Positions 22,653-34,775 of a DNA stretch of 64,000 nucleotides are shown here, in pieces. The position numbers and the translations under genes are program-made. Where the stretch lies: positions 670,924 through 734,923 of the forward strand of contig KV454015.1 in NCBI GenBank assembly GCA_001661245.1, written 5' to 3'. The stretch's first letter is position 1. Each line of letters begins with the position of its first letter. This DNA is from Pachysolen tannophilus NRRL Y-2460 (taxonomy: Eukaryota). The notes under the pieces are model-generated. The model had not been told where the DNA came from, ran no database searches, and was given only the letters and a program-made list of their open reading frames with translations.

Positions 22653-23466
22653 TTATGAACTATTCCAATCCGTAACTATTCTCTTGATAGATTCACTAAA
22701 TTTAAGATTATCAATACCTCCTTCATCCAATCCTCCATTTTTATTTCCTGTTTTGTCCTCTAATTGATATTGTTGATAGAATGGATTGGATATAAGTTTA
22801 ATATATGTCCTGTGGATTTGTCTGAATAACTTTAAATATATATAAAAAAAAAAAAAAAAGAGATAAATTGTTAGTAATTAAATTCAATTTTTTGAAAAAA
22901 AAAATTTAAATAGCTGTTTTCACTTACTGGATATAGTACATCACTAATGTTTTCCTTTGCAGAACTACCCAATACCACTTTAAATCCTGTACTTGTTGCG
23001 TACCCATAAACAGCAATACCATCCTGTATGAATAACAAATTTTTATTTGTATTTTCTTCAGAGTCATAAAATGGTGACTCAAAAATATCTAATGCCATAT
23101 GTGATAAAAAATTATATTTTAATAATTCATTTGAAGATGATTTCCCATCCAATAAAGATAAATCATTTTCAATTCCTTCTTGTTTCAGTAAATAGTCTTG
23201 AACAGTTGATGTTTCATCATCTTCCGATACACTTTTTTTTTTATCAACTGGATTTTCTGACTCAACTCCAGTTTCTTCATCAATTTGACGATCTATCGAA
23301 TTATCTAAAGATTCATAAGGGAAAAAATGTTGTATATACAATGGGCGATTCTTGTTAAAAAAAAATCTTGTCAGTAATTCCAACACATTTAATAACTAAT
23401 AAACCTTGCACATTTTTTACTCACATCTTTAGATATCAATGATACAAAATATATTTTTGAAGACAT
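22653..23466 (-). CDS. TCA17: TRAPP sedlin-like subunit (TRAPPC2L/Tca17); exons 23466-23425, 23350-22928, 22829-22653
   Basis: MSSKIYFVSLISKD|NRPLYIQHF..AVYGYATSTGFKVVLG..P|LFRQIHRTYIKLISNPFY; donors GTGAGT/GTAAGT; both acceptors must be AAG. Confidence 0.78.
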
Positions 23467-23640
23467 ATCAATTCTTTTTCTTCTTTAATGTCTACTATTC
23501 ATATACACATACAATCAGTGTTTTATAAACAAGTTCAGTTTTCTTATATATAAACGAATTAAAAATATACTATTTTGGTCTATATACACACTACCTCTGG
23601 GCATTTAATTATTCTTTTCAAATCCATCATCATGTTTGAT

Positions 23641-24021
23641 TTAATTTTCATTTTGTTGGAAATATTGGTCTATGGAGCTCCCCAAATAAATCTTTAATTG
23701 CTTCTTTGTTGCGGGAAAAATCTTACATTTCACCATTGGATTTCCAGCTTTTTCATAGGCTTGGAATCTATGACAACCACCAAATGCAAAATAATAACTT
23801 TTACCATTTTCTCTAACCATCATAACATCAATTGGTGGTAATTCACCCGCAGTAATATCTTCTATATTACTACATGTTGCTGAAACCAGAGGGATACCTT
23901 TCAAAGTTGATACCATTGAGTCTATCTTGGAATAATCTAAAACCGGAGGAATAGGTCTCTTAATTTCAGAAAGCGGTAAGTAAGAAATTTTTGCTATGTT
24001 TCCTGACTGAATTGATGACAT
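23641..24021 (-). CDS. SRX1: Sulfiredoxin
   Basis: PLSEIKRPIPPVLD, GELPPIDV, YFAFGGCHRFQAY. Confidence 0.95.
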   Translation of the reverse strand: MSSIQSGNIAKISYLPLSEIKRPIPPVLDYSKIDSMVSTLKGIPLVSATCSNIEDITAGELPPIDVMMVRENGKSYYFAFGGCHRFQAYEKAGNPMVKCKIFPATKKQLKIYLGSSIDQYFQQNEN

Positions 24022-24897
24022 GTTTCTCTATGATTAATATGACTATTATTCTACTTTAACTTGTAAAATTGATTAATTATATAAAAAAAAAAAAGAAGTA
24101 AAGTTTGTTTTCATATATATATATATATATATATATGATTTGGTCATATGTATCATTAATCATAATGGCCGTATCGGAGCATCTCTTTTTCTTTCTTTTT
24201 GCCCTCTTTTCTTACTGATCTTTTAGATAAAGAAAAAGTGATTTCAAATAGCAAAGACTTCTAGAAACTATGGAATTACCCTTTTTGGAACATATTGAAT
24301 GTTATGTGCTATGTGTTGTGTGTTACACGACTTTGCATATGTTTAGTACTAAAATTGACGCGTAGAATATTTAATACCTTTTGAATCTTGCGTTTTGGTG
24401 GTGGGGGAAGGAAGGGGAGGAAGAATATAAGGGTGGTTAATTAAGTCAAAAGAAAAAGGTTTCCCTGCAAAAAAACTATGAGAGATAAAAAAAGAAAACT
24501 CACTTTGCATGATTAAGCATGATTTGAAATGAATAATTTTCTTTTGAAATACTAGAGCTGTTTAATATAGAGTTGTTTGAGGAATGAAAACTTTGAGAAT
24601 ATGGGAAAGAGTAAAAAACTTAAAATTGTATAAATATAATGACAATTGACTAGTTTAAAAGTTTGTTTGAAAATTTGAATTTATGAATTTTTATTATTAC
24701 TATTATAGTTATGAATATATTTCAAAAAATCGCGGTTTTCTTGTGTTTTAGTTTCTTTGATATTTTTCAAAAACTAAAAAAGCAGTATTACAACAAATAA
24801 ACAAAATGAAAATCTATAACTAAAAAAAAACACACACATACATATGAAAATATACATCAAAGAATACAACAAATATATGCAAAATCAAATCAGCCAA

Positions 24898-26040
24898 TTA
24901 ATTTTGTGAAAAGACTTCATTATTTGTAGAAATAATGGCTTCTGAATCTAAATTTTCTGGATTATCTTTATAAAGGAAAAATTGTAAAAAAATTACGGCA
25001 TCCTCAAATACAGTACCAAACGATCCTATTAACCAAGAACAATTCAATTCTAAATATTTTAAATCTGATCTGTATAATATTATTTGAAGTGAGTAAGTAA
25101 TATTACCAATCGTAGAAAAAATGAAAAATAATAAACTTAAACCTTTACATGATTTCTTTGTGTAATTGTACCAAATCTGAGGTATTCTTGCCGATAAATA
25201 TAAAAAAGCCGAAAGGTACCCCAATACTTGAGGCCCAATTAATATATCCTCATCTGGTGGGTTAGTTAAAGATGGATCATCATTTCCAGAAGGTGGGGAT
25301 GATACGAAAAATCCAAAACAACCTGCACCAATAACAAATAAGATAGGAACAAGATATTTAACATAAATCGAGTATGATTCCGGTTCTAAAGCTATTGAGT
25401 TGATGGACGTTCTTCTTGATTTTTGGCTTGATCTTCTCCTATTACGTTCATTGTCAATTAAAGAACTAAATTCATTCAGTTGCAGCAGATCATGAATATG
25501 GTGTTGTGATTGCTGCTGATGGTGCTGATCATGGTGGGTAGCATTGGAACCATGAATATGATGGTGATGATGATGTTTATTATAAATCCGAGTATAGTAA
25601 ATATATGAAGATATTATTAATCCATCTGCAAAACAAAACCAGGCAGCTAAAAATATAACTTGAGGAAGTAAAGTAGCCCAAATAGATCCTATTAAATTTG
25701 TTAAATCTCCTAAAAACCACAATAGTATAAATTCAATTGATATACCTTCTGCACTTTTTAACCGCCATTGCTCTACTAGTTGTGGAACCAATAACACTAT
25801 CCAACAAGCAATACTGAATAATTAACAAAAAAAAAAAAAAAAAAAAAGAAAAAGTTAGCGACATTCCAAGAATAAAAACCACAAAACTTTACCACTGCAT
25901 TCCTTTTTTTTAAAAAAAAATACTTACGACGTTGATCCAGCAAGTCCAGATAGCTCTGACCTCAATGGCCCCGGCGTAGTTGTATCAAGAGTATTGGTTA
26001 AAAAAGCATTATACGCTAATGAGATGAGTAATGACGCCAT
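24898..26040 (-). CDS. PQ-loop vacuolar cationic amino acid transporter (Ypq/Rtc2 family); exons 26040-25928, 25813-24898
   Basis: SGLAGSTS|IACWIVLLVPQLVEQW and YLSARIPQIWYNY PQ repeats; GTAAGT donor, CGCTAAC branch, CAG acceptor. Confidence 0.88.
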
Positions 26041-26638
26041 GACGTAAATATTTGTATTGAAGAATCGCTGCGAATAAATAGTACAACTTCTTTTTCTTTT
26101 ATTCTTTTTTTTTTTCTTTCTCACAACTTTTTAACTTTAAGCGGTCTTTTTAATTTTTAATTTTTCTTCAATAGCAGCAATTTTTAATATCAAAGTTGTA
26201 TCCCGCTGTTCACTTTATGTGAAGAATTAATTTCTATACTTATTGTACCATTTATCTGGTGAGTAGTAACCCTTTTATTCGGAATTTTATTCAACTTCCC
26301 AATTTAGCCATTTTAAGTAACTAAATTCATTTGGGAAGTCAAAATAAAATTTACCCAAAACGGAAATTAATATTAATATTAATTTTTTTTTCTTTCTTTC
26401 TTTCTTTCTGTTTGTTAGCCAGAAGGTAGTGTACTCTCAATCTATTTTTTACTTGCTTCAAATAATTCTGCCAAAATCCAGAATGACCGTAAAAACCATT
26501 TCATACATATTTCGTCATAGCAGCTTCCTATCTTTCAGTCCCTTTTTCTGTTTCTTATTGATATTAACTGATAAACGAATATTTCAAACTTGTATATCGA
26601 AGTATCCAGTAAATATTAGAAATTTTAAAATTGAAAGA

Positions 26639-27735
26639 ATGCCAGTGAGTATTTGAAAATGAATTTTTTTTATTTGTTCAAATGAAAGATTTACCGAAAG
26701 ATCCAAAGATATTAGATAGTTTCCCCCCTTTACAGTTGCATAATTACAAATATTATGTCGTTGGTTCTTTATCTGTATATGGTTTTTAATTTGCAAATGT
26801 GTACTGCTTTTTGTTAAACAGACTATGTTTTGATATGGATATGGATACTATCGGGGCTGTATCTTTTAAACTGTTTTAAAAGTCATTCTTTTCCTATATT
26901 TAACAACTATGAAAACTAACATTTTTTTCCAAAAAAAAAAATTAAATCAATTAAACAGCCTTCAAAGAAAGTTGCACCAGCTCCTTTTTCATCAAAATCT
27001 GCCACTAAAAAGGGCCCAAAAAATCCTTTATTGGAATCAACTCCAAAAAGTTTTGGTATTGGACAATCAATTCAACCTGCAAGAAATTTGCATAGGTTTG
27101 TTAAATGGCCGGAATATGTCCGATTACAAAGGCAAAAAAAGATTTTGGCGTCTAGATTGAAAGTTCCACCTGCAATTGCTCAATTTGCAAATACTTTGGA
27201 TAAGAACACTGCCACTCAAACGATCAAGTTATTTAGTAAGTATAGACCTGAGACCCGTATTGAAAAGAAGGAAAGATTGGTCAAAGAAGCAGCTGCAATT
27301 GCGGAAGGTAAGAAAAAAGAAGAAGTTTCACCTAAACCAATTGTTATCAAATACGGTTTAAATCACGTTGTTGGTTTAATTGAAAACAAAAAAGCGAAAT
27401 TAGTTTTAATTGCTAATGATGTTGATCCAATTGAGTTGGTAGTCTTTTTACCGGCCCTATGTAGAAAGATGGGTGTTCCATATGCTATTATCAAAGGTAA
27501 GGCAAGATTAGGTGTTTTGGTTCACAAAAAGTCTTCGTCAGTTGCTGCTTTAACTGATGTCAGGCCAGAAGATGAAACCGCATTATCTAGTTTGGTCTCT
27601 ACAATCAATTCAGGTTTTATTGAAAAATACGAAGATAATAGAAGACATTGGGGTGGAGGTACGTTGGGTCCAAAAGCCCATGTTAAGAAAAGTAAAAAAG
27701 CAGATGCCTCTATTAAAGCAGCTGCTGCACCATAA
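26639..27735 (+). CDS. RPL8: 60S ribosomal protein eL8 (L7a); exons 26639-26644, 26959-27735
   Basis: ATG CCA|GTGAGT, AACTAAC branch, CAG 26956-26958; [39 protein letters not shown]. Confidence 0.92.
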
Positions 27736-28148
27736 ATTAGCTTTATTTTCCGTATGAACTTAAATAAAAATTGTCTAGCGATGTAATAAAGTTGTAAAAT
27801 AAAAAAAACAAAAAATAGGTATTTAAGTAGTTTGACACACTTGCGGCTCACTATATGCAAATGCAATACTATGCTTCAAATGCATGTTGTTACGTTGCTA
27901 CATAAACTACAAATTACTGTCTATAGGGCAAATAACCCTAATTATTTTTTCTTAAAAAAAAACTGCCATTTTTAATGGCACGTAATACATATGTGACCGC
28001 TTTTTAGATTTTTTTTTTTTTTTCACCTTTCTCTCACCTCCTCCCCCATTTACTCTAAAACTTTTCAATTTAAAGTAATCATAACTATATCTAGAATAGG
28101 TTTTTGAAATTTCTTTTATTAAGCAAATCGAAATCAATATAGTTATTA

Positions 28149-28569
28149 GTAAGTATTTCGACACCATATAATAGATGTGATTTGGTAATTATCAAAGAGA
28201 CAAACTCCCTGAAACAGAAACGATTTATAATTTGAAAATAGAAGGTTTAGTTATTATTAAAGTTATTTTTTAAGAAAAGAAAAAAAAAAAAAAATGAGAA
28301 GAAGAGAATACCAATTTAAACCAAGATATTTATTCATTAAACAGCTTTGTTAATAATATAGTTTTTGAAAACTTGGAAAGAAAATTTGTCAATTTAACTA
28401 TAATTACTCCACTGTTTGTCTTTTTATTGGAAAGCTTTTGTTTTATAAGAAATATTAGGCAAAGAGAGTTCTTTTTTTTTCAAAGTTTTGTCATTTCATA
28501 ATTGCGCAATGGTATATATAAGATAATAATTCAGATTTGGAAATACTAACAATTTCTTTTTATTTTTAG
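28149..28569 (+). other. Probable 5'UTR intron of RPL29
   Basis: TACTAAC 28544-28550, TAG 28567-28569 just before the ATG; candidate donor GTAAGT 28149. Confidence 0.65.
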
Positions 28570-28572
28570 AAA

Positions 28573-28758
28573 ATGGCTAAATCAAAGAACCATACCGCTC
28601 ATAACCAAACCAGAAAGGCTCACAGAAATGGTATTAAAAAGCCAAAGACCCACAGATACCCATCTTTAAAAGGTGTTGATCCAAAATTCAAACGTAACCA
28701 CAAACATGCTTTACATGGTACAGCCAAGGCTTTAGCTGCTGCTCGTGCTGCCAAATAA
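28573..28758 (+). CDS. RPL29: 60S ribosomal protein eL29
   Basis: [34 protein letters not shown]. Confidence 0.97.
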   Translation: MAKSKNHTAHNQTRKAHRNGIKKPKTHRYPSLKGVDPKFKRNHKHALHGTAKALAAARAAK

Positions 28759-29003
28759 GTTGATAAAGTTGTATGACTTCTTTTTTTTTTTCTATTTAAC
28801 TATGTACTGCCATATTAATGTTTTGTTTCCAAAAAAAAAGAAAAAGAAAATATATACTTTAGTTGTTAATGTGTTTTAAAATATAAAGAAAGAGGTATTT
28901 ATAAAGGCATTTGAACTTTGTAGAAGCTTTCATCTTTAAAATAAAGAAAACTCTCCATACATGCCTTTTCATACTAGTTGTTTCTGCTATTAGTCGTTTT
29001 CGA

Positions 29004-29033
29004 ACGACCACGTACGACTACGTACGACCACGT
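29004..29033. repeat. 3 x 10-bp tandem repeat ACGACYACGT
   Basis: acgaccacgt-acgactacgt-acgaccacgt. Confidence 0.85.
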
Positions 29034-29395
29034 CCTTTCAAATGTTGTATTCCTAATCCAGTAATTATTTAGTACACATTTTTTCTATTGCAATTTTTGT
29101 GCAAACCACAAAGACGATAGCAGAAGATGATATCTTTTGCAAATGCGATCTTTCCGCTGGAAATAAGTTTAATATCTTTATTGGCGCTTAATCACTTCAT
29201 TTAATTACTTGTAATTTTTTTTGTTTTAACTAATCGATTCTAAGTAACTTATAGGAGGAAATATCTTGTCTGGTTTTGAAATCAAATCTTCTTGAGTTTC
29301 ATTTCTATTGATCAAGTTTTTTTTTGGTTTTTCGAAATTATATACTTCTTGATTAATTTCTTTAGACTTATTATTTTGTAACAATTTGTTTAAAA

Positions 29396-30253
29396 ATGAG
29401 TGAAGCTATTGTCACCAATTCTGTTAAGGATATTACTGGCAACATCAATAAAATGGTAATTAATACAAAAAGGGTTACCCCCTTTCGAGCATTTTAGGGA
29501 TCAAGAATCTAACTATTTTTAATTATTTTAAAAATTCTTTTTTCTTTTTTTTTTTAGCAACTTAACAAAGATCCAGTTGAAAGTGGCAAAGAAGGAGAAA
29601 CCGGTTCTAATGAAAAAAAATCTAAAGATGGCAAAGTTAAGCGTCGTAACTCAAAGTTTAAAAAATATTATTATGCAAACAGAAATAAACAGTCGGGTTC
29701 AAAACCATCATCTCCAAAAGTTTCTAAGGAGAACCAATTGAAAGAAGAGAATGTTAACCAAGCTGACCAAGCTAACCAAGCTGACCAGCCAGAACCAGCA
29801 ACTGAAGTAGCTATTGAAAATCCAACAAATGGTACAAATGTTCAAGATTCAACTTCTAAAATGACTAATCTTGAGACTTCAGAAAAAGATGCTGATGCTA
29901 AAGCTGAACAGACTTCCAGGGAAAATAAGAAAAAATATGGTCCAAGACGTCGTTATAGTTATTTCAGAAGAAAGCGTTACTCTAAGAAATCAGCTAAAGA
30001 TGAAGAACAAGATGTCCAAACTGCTGAAAAAGTACCAGATGAAGCTGATGAGGAAAATCAAGGAGAAAATCCAGTTGCTGAACCTAAAGAACAAAAAGAT
30101 GCAGATATCAAGGCTAACACTAATGGCAACGAAGCAGCAGCACCTGTTGAGCCAGCTGCTGCTGCCACTGCCGCTGTAGCAGAAACTAACGATGCATCAA
30201 AGCCAGCTGCTCAAAAAGAAGAAGAAGATGTTAAAGAAAAAAATGATGCTTAA
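29396..30253 (+). CDS. Hypothetical highly charged disordered protein; exons 29396-29455, 29558-30253
   Basis: ATG 29396, donor GTAATT 29456, CTAAC branch near 29510, TAG 29555-29557; in frame with ORF 29738-30253. Confidence 0.7.
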
Positions 30254-30580
30254 CGTTGATATCTAAGATGTGATGTTAATTTTATTTTCATTTTATTTAC
30301 TTTTTTGTTTTAAAATTTTCCTTTCCTAGATTATAATTGGAAATTCACTAAAAGTTGGTATCTTAAAAAAAAAAAAAAAAAAAAAAACCGATTTTATTAT
30401 ATTTCCTGAATTTTTTAAATTATTATGTTACTTTTAGAATAGAATTTTAATTTGCTTGAAATCAAGACATTGAAGTAAAACGAAGAATTGATTAAGATTT
30501 ATTCGATATTCTAGCCTAAAAATCTATGTACAATAGTAGCAAAAAAAGTAAGAAAAAAAAACGTATTTCTATAAAAGTGA

Positions 30581-33500
30581 TTAATAAACTTCAAGAACAT
30601 ATCTACCACTTTCTTTCATCTCTTCAACTTCATTGGCAACATCGCCCTTGACACCACGCTTATCCCAATCATTTTGTACAATGTCTTCAAGACATGCAGT
30701 GATATCAGGGACTGGCCAAGTTGGACCACACAAATAAAATGAACCATTTTTAGTAATAATGGCATCGGTCAATTCTTCAATATTTTCTCTAATACGATCT
30801 TGGATATAAATCTTCTCAGGTTGATCTCTAGAGAATGCTGCACCGATGTGAGTAATGATGCCCGCATCTTTGTAAGCTTCCCATAATTCACCATAAAGAT
30901 ACTCCTCACGTTTGTATCTAGAACCAAGGTAAAGATAAATTTCTCCAATTTCCAAACCTTGAGATTTTTGCCAAACTTTCTCCTCAACGAATGCTTTAAA
31001 AGGAGCAAGACCAGTACCTAAACCGGACATAACAATTGGCAGTAAAGGTGATGCCGGTAATTTCATAACTGAAGGTTTAACCGAAACGACTAATTCAGTA
31101 CCAACACTTAATTGAGAAAGATAGTGAGAACAATGTCCATAACGAGTTTGACCACGTTTATCAACCCAATCAACAACAACAATTAATAAATGGACAGCAT
31201 TTGGATGCATCTTCTGAGATGAAGCAATAGAATATTCTCTTCTTTTCAATGGTGAAATAATTTGAGCTAATTCAACCACTGATGGTCTAGCAGATGGGAA
31301 TAAAGCCAAGATATCAGCATAAAAATAAGTTTCGTCATCCTGATAGGCTTTTAATTCTTTAGCACCAGCTGCTGAAGCAAGAAATTCCAATTTCTTGCGT
31401 TCAGCTTCATCTTGAGCGAATGGAGCCAACGACTCATAAAATTTCTTTGGTGGCTTACCAAATATATCTAAGTTTTCAATAAAAGCCTGAGAAATAGTTC
31501 TTGTTTCAAGAATATGCAGATCCTCCTTTGATGGAACTTGAACCAAATCATCTCCTTTTAAACCATACGAATCCAAAAACTCTTGAACCATTTTGGTATT
31601 ATTACGACCGTGGATACCTAATGCTTCACCAATTTGGTAGGTCAAACCTGTTCCGGTAATATCAAATTCAATTTCAAAAATATTACGTGAATAATTTTCA
31701 GGTGTGACACGTTTGTTATGCTGGACTTTAACAACAAAGTTTCTAACACTCAAATCTGGACGTAAAGAAGTTTCAGTCTGATAAGCTTCCTTAAATACCA
31801 ACTTCTTAGCTGCATCCAATTTGGTGTTAGAGATAGGTTTTGTAACCACTTCTCCTTCTCTTGGATTAGGAAAGAAAGAACTTTCTAATGGATGGGACGG
31901 TAACTCAGGATCTTCTTCTTCTGATTCTTTTTCTTCTTCTTCTTGTTGTTGTTGTTGCTTTTCTTCTTCATTTTCATTTTCCTTTTTTTCAGAAGTTTTT
32001 GATAATAATTCCTTGCTTACTGGCACTTCTTTTAAACCTGTCTTTAAAACCGTATCACGCAAGTTAGAAATAACAGCAGCTAACAACTCAGCATCAGCAC
32101 CAGCGGCTTGCCAAACTTTCAAAACAACATCATGTTCCGATAATTCGGGATAAGCATAATGCCAAAATGCAACTTGAGAAGCAATAGACGAAGTAAAACC
32201 TTTGGTTTCTGGTTGATCACCAATGGCCTCCAAATCAAGAACCAGCAATCTAATGTTTTTCGAGATTAAAGAGCGAATAAATGATGATGGTAAAGACTCA
32301 GTATATTTTTGTAATTCTTCAATTTTTTTGGCGGATGTAATTATAATAGTTGAACCTGTCTTTGCAGTCTTGGTAACGTCAAAATATTTTAAAATATCTT
32401 TACCTTCAATTAAAATTACATCAGCAGAGTCAACGGAACCTGCTTTTGAAAGTTTCGAATTGAATGGAGCAGAAAAAATCGAAGCTTGGAAAGTTCCAGC
32501 ACCATTAATATTATCATACTTTGATCTAAAACTAATTTTTGAGCTAGCATCTAAGGAGAACGAGTGAGCTAATTTTGATGGAACTTCAATCAATTCACCA
32601 TTATCAGGACCCCAAAAGAGGAATTTCTTAGCTTCTAATTGTTCTGAGAATTCTGGAATGGAAACAAAATAAGATAAAACTTCGTGTAAAGTTGATCTTG
32701 ACCAATTGAAACTTGGTAAATAATTATATTCCAAAATTTTTGGAGAAGCTTCTGCACCTTTACCAAAGAATAAAGCAGCTGAAACATCTGATTTCAACCA
32801 AGATGTTGTTGCCAATTCACCTTTTGTCTGACCAATAACGACAATTGATTGAGTTGATTCCGGAATTGTATTACAAAACTCAGCAACATCAAATGGTAAA
32901 GGAACTCTAACTGCAATAGCACCAATTTTACTGTTCTTTTGAACTGAAAGAAGCTTAATGTATTGAAGTAATAATTCACTTTCAGTGGAGCCATAAATAA
33001 CAAAAACTGTTTCTGGTTGAGCATGACCTTCATATTCAAAAGCTTTATAATTAGTACCCAAGACTTGGTTTAATAATTTTAAACCTACAGATACTTTATT
33101 ATCAGCAGATTCCAATTTTTTAGATTCCGATTTTAATTCGTTGAAAGTTTTCAATAACTGTACTGAAGATAATAAACCACTAACAGTACCATTTTCTTTT
33201 AAAAATGAAGGACCATCATATATATTTAAGATTGGGCCTTGCAATGCAAGAAATAAAACAAATAATGAGAAATGTTGGGCTTCAACAGCATTAAATGGTG
33301 TGATAACAGGAAAATTCAAACTCTTGGCAAATGATAAAGGAGTGGCATAATCAGAAACAAACGATGAAGAAGATGAATCATAATCTAATGCTGCAACATT
33401 AAAAGCTAAAGGTAACGGAACCTTCTTGTGATGAACACTTAACGATGTAGATAAAATAGGTTGCATAAACGGTAAGGCCGAACTTGGAATAACAACTGAA

Positions 33501-33880
33501 ACCGGAGCGTCTACTGCTGAAACATTCGACAAGTAACCCAAGATCGAACTAGCAGCACCTGATCTTACTTCGAACCTTGAAACTTGTGGAATAATACCAT
33601 TAGCATTTTTCCTTTGAAAAGATTTCCATAACTGAAGACCTGCATCCAAAGCTGAGTCTGCTCCTGGTGAAATATAGGAGAAAATCCTATCGGCAAGCGA
33701 ATAGACTGCAGAACTAGCAACAACATGTGCTGAAGTCAAAGAAGAACCTTGTGAAAAATTTGGATCTAATGGAAGACCAAATGGTGCACTAGGAGATGCA
33801 TTCTGGAAATGTGACTCTAAATCCGCAGATTTCTCACTCCCAACGGAGTTTGAACGTGAAACAACAGCAACAGGTGGCAT
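30581..33880 (-). CDS. MET10: Sulfite reductase alpha (flavoprotein) subunit
   Basis: PFOR-like N-terminal region; RREYSIASSQ, MSGLGTGLAPF, AFSRDQ, FYLCGPTWPVPD, GRYVLEVY. Confidence 0.95.
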   Translation of the reverse strand: MPPVAVVSRSNSVGSEKSADLESHFQNASPSAPFGLPLDPNFSQGSSLTSAHVVASSAVYSLADRIFSYISPGADSALDAGLQLWKSFQRKNANGIIPQVSRFEVRSGAASSILGYLSNVSAVDAPVSVVIPSSALPFMQPILSTSLSVHHKKVPLPLAFNVAALDYDSSSSSFVSDYATPLSFAKSLNFPVITPFNAVEAQHFSLFVLFLALQGPILNIYDGPSFLKENGTVSGLLSSVQLLKTFNELKSESKKLESADNKVSVGLKLLNQVLGTNYKAFEYEGHAQPETVFVIYGSTESELLLQYIKLLSVQKNSKIGAIAVRVPLPFDVAEFCNTIPESTQSIVVIGQTKGELATTSWLKSDVSAALFFGKGAEASPKILEYNYLPSFNWSRSTLHEVLSYFVSIPEFSEQLEAKKFLFWGPDNGELIEVPSKLAHSFSLDASSKISFRSKYDNINGAGTFQASIFSAPFNSKLSKAGSVDSADVILIEGKDILKYFDVTKTAKTGSTIIITSAKKIEELQKYTESLPSSFIRSLISKNIRLLVLDLEAIGDQPETKGFTSSIASQVAFWHYAYPELSEHDVVLKVWQAAGADAELLAAVISNLRDTVLKTGLKEVPVSKELLSKTSEKKENENEEEKQQQQQEEEEKESEEEDPELPSHPLESSFFPNPREGEVVTKPISNTKLDAAKKLVFKEAYQTETSLRPDLSVRNFVVKVQHNKRVTPENYSRNIFEIEFDITGTGLTYQIGEALGIHGRNNTKMVQEFLDSYGLKGDDLVQVPSKEDLHILETRTISQAFIENLDIFGKPPKKFYESLAPFAQDEAERKKLEFLASAAGAKELKAYQDDETYFYADILALFPSARPSVVELAQIISPLKRREYSIASSQKMHPNAVHLLIVVVDWVDKRGQTRYGHCSHYLSQLSVGTELVVSVKPSVMKLPASPLLPIVMSGLGTGLAPFKAFVEEKVWQKSQGLEIGEIYLYLGSRYKREEYLYGELWEAYKDAGIITHIGAAFSRDQPEKIYIQDRIRENIEELTDAIITKNGSFYLCGPTWPVPDITACLEDIVQNDWDKRGVKGDVANEVEEMKESGRYVLEVY

Positions 33881-34118
33881 TATTGCTCTATTGCACTATG
33901 CTCTTATAAAGATATCAAGAAAGAAAAAAAAAGAGATAATACCTATAAAATACAAATCCAACTAATTCTGATATATAGATAGATAGATAGATACAATTAT
34001 ATCTTTCATCAAGCTCATTCGCCACAAAGAAATTTTGAAAATTTCCTTTTTAGGAAAAAGTTGAAGAAAAAAAAAAAAAAAAAAAAAATTTTTTTTTTTT
34101 TTTGGCGGGTGCCACCAT

Positions 34119-34129
34119 GGCACGTGACA
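34119..34129 (-). promoter_or_regulatory. Cbf1 site (TCACGTG) upstream of MET10
   Basis: GTCACGTG on the minus strand about 240 nt upstream of the MET10 ATG; Cbf1-Met4 control of MET genes is established in yeasts. Confidence 0.65.
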
Positions 34130-34775
34130 TTTAGTAAATAGGAGAAGTTTTCCTGGGCTAAACATTGACAAGACGGAGAAAACAAAAAAAAAAAAAAAAA
34201 AAAAAAACGGAGAAAAAAAAAAGACTTTTTGCTGTCAAGGTAAACCAACTAAATGATAAGGGTAAATAAGTCTTTTGCATTATTTCAAATACTTTTCTTT
34301 AAGTCGTGGATAATGAGAAATTTGTGATTTGAGATTTGCCAATGGATGGATAACCCGGTGCTAAGTGATATTGACAATGATCTGTGAATAGGAAGACACT
34401 CTGCGCTTTTTCAATAAGCAAACAAGTTTAATCCTGTAAAAAAAAAAAAAAAAAATTGATGAATAACCCAATTTTTGGTTCTATCTTTTCTTCTTTTAGT
34501 ATTATACAATTAATACTTGTACCTTTTTCTGCGCCAGCCCCAGTTTGGTTTTAAGGTCATCACGTTTTTTTTTTTTTTTTTTTAGATAGGAAATAAAGTA
34601 AGAGAAGAGAGTTCTTATGATTTCTGTATCTGTTTTAGCAATGGCGAATATTAGTTTAGTTTTTTTTATGATTTTGAAATTCGTTATTCTTTTATAGAAA
34701 AGAAGAGCGGTTAGATTTTTATTTGTTGAATAAGAATTCATTTAATTTTTTCTTTTTAATGGATTGAGTTTGAAG

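Noticed and set aside
31915..32000. Acidic/polyQ insert in Met10
   Set aside because: Lies in an interdomain linker; similar microsatellite-derived inserts occur in many proteins in this window.
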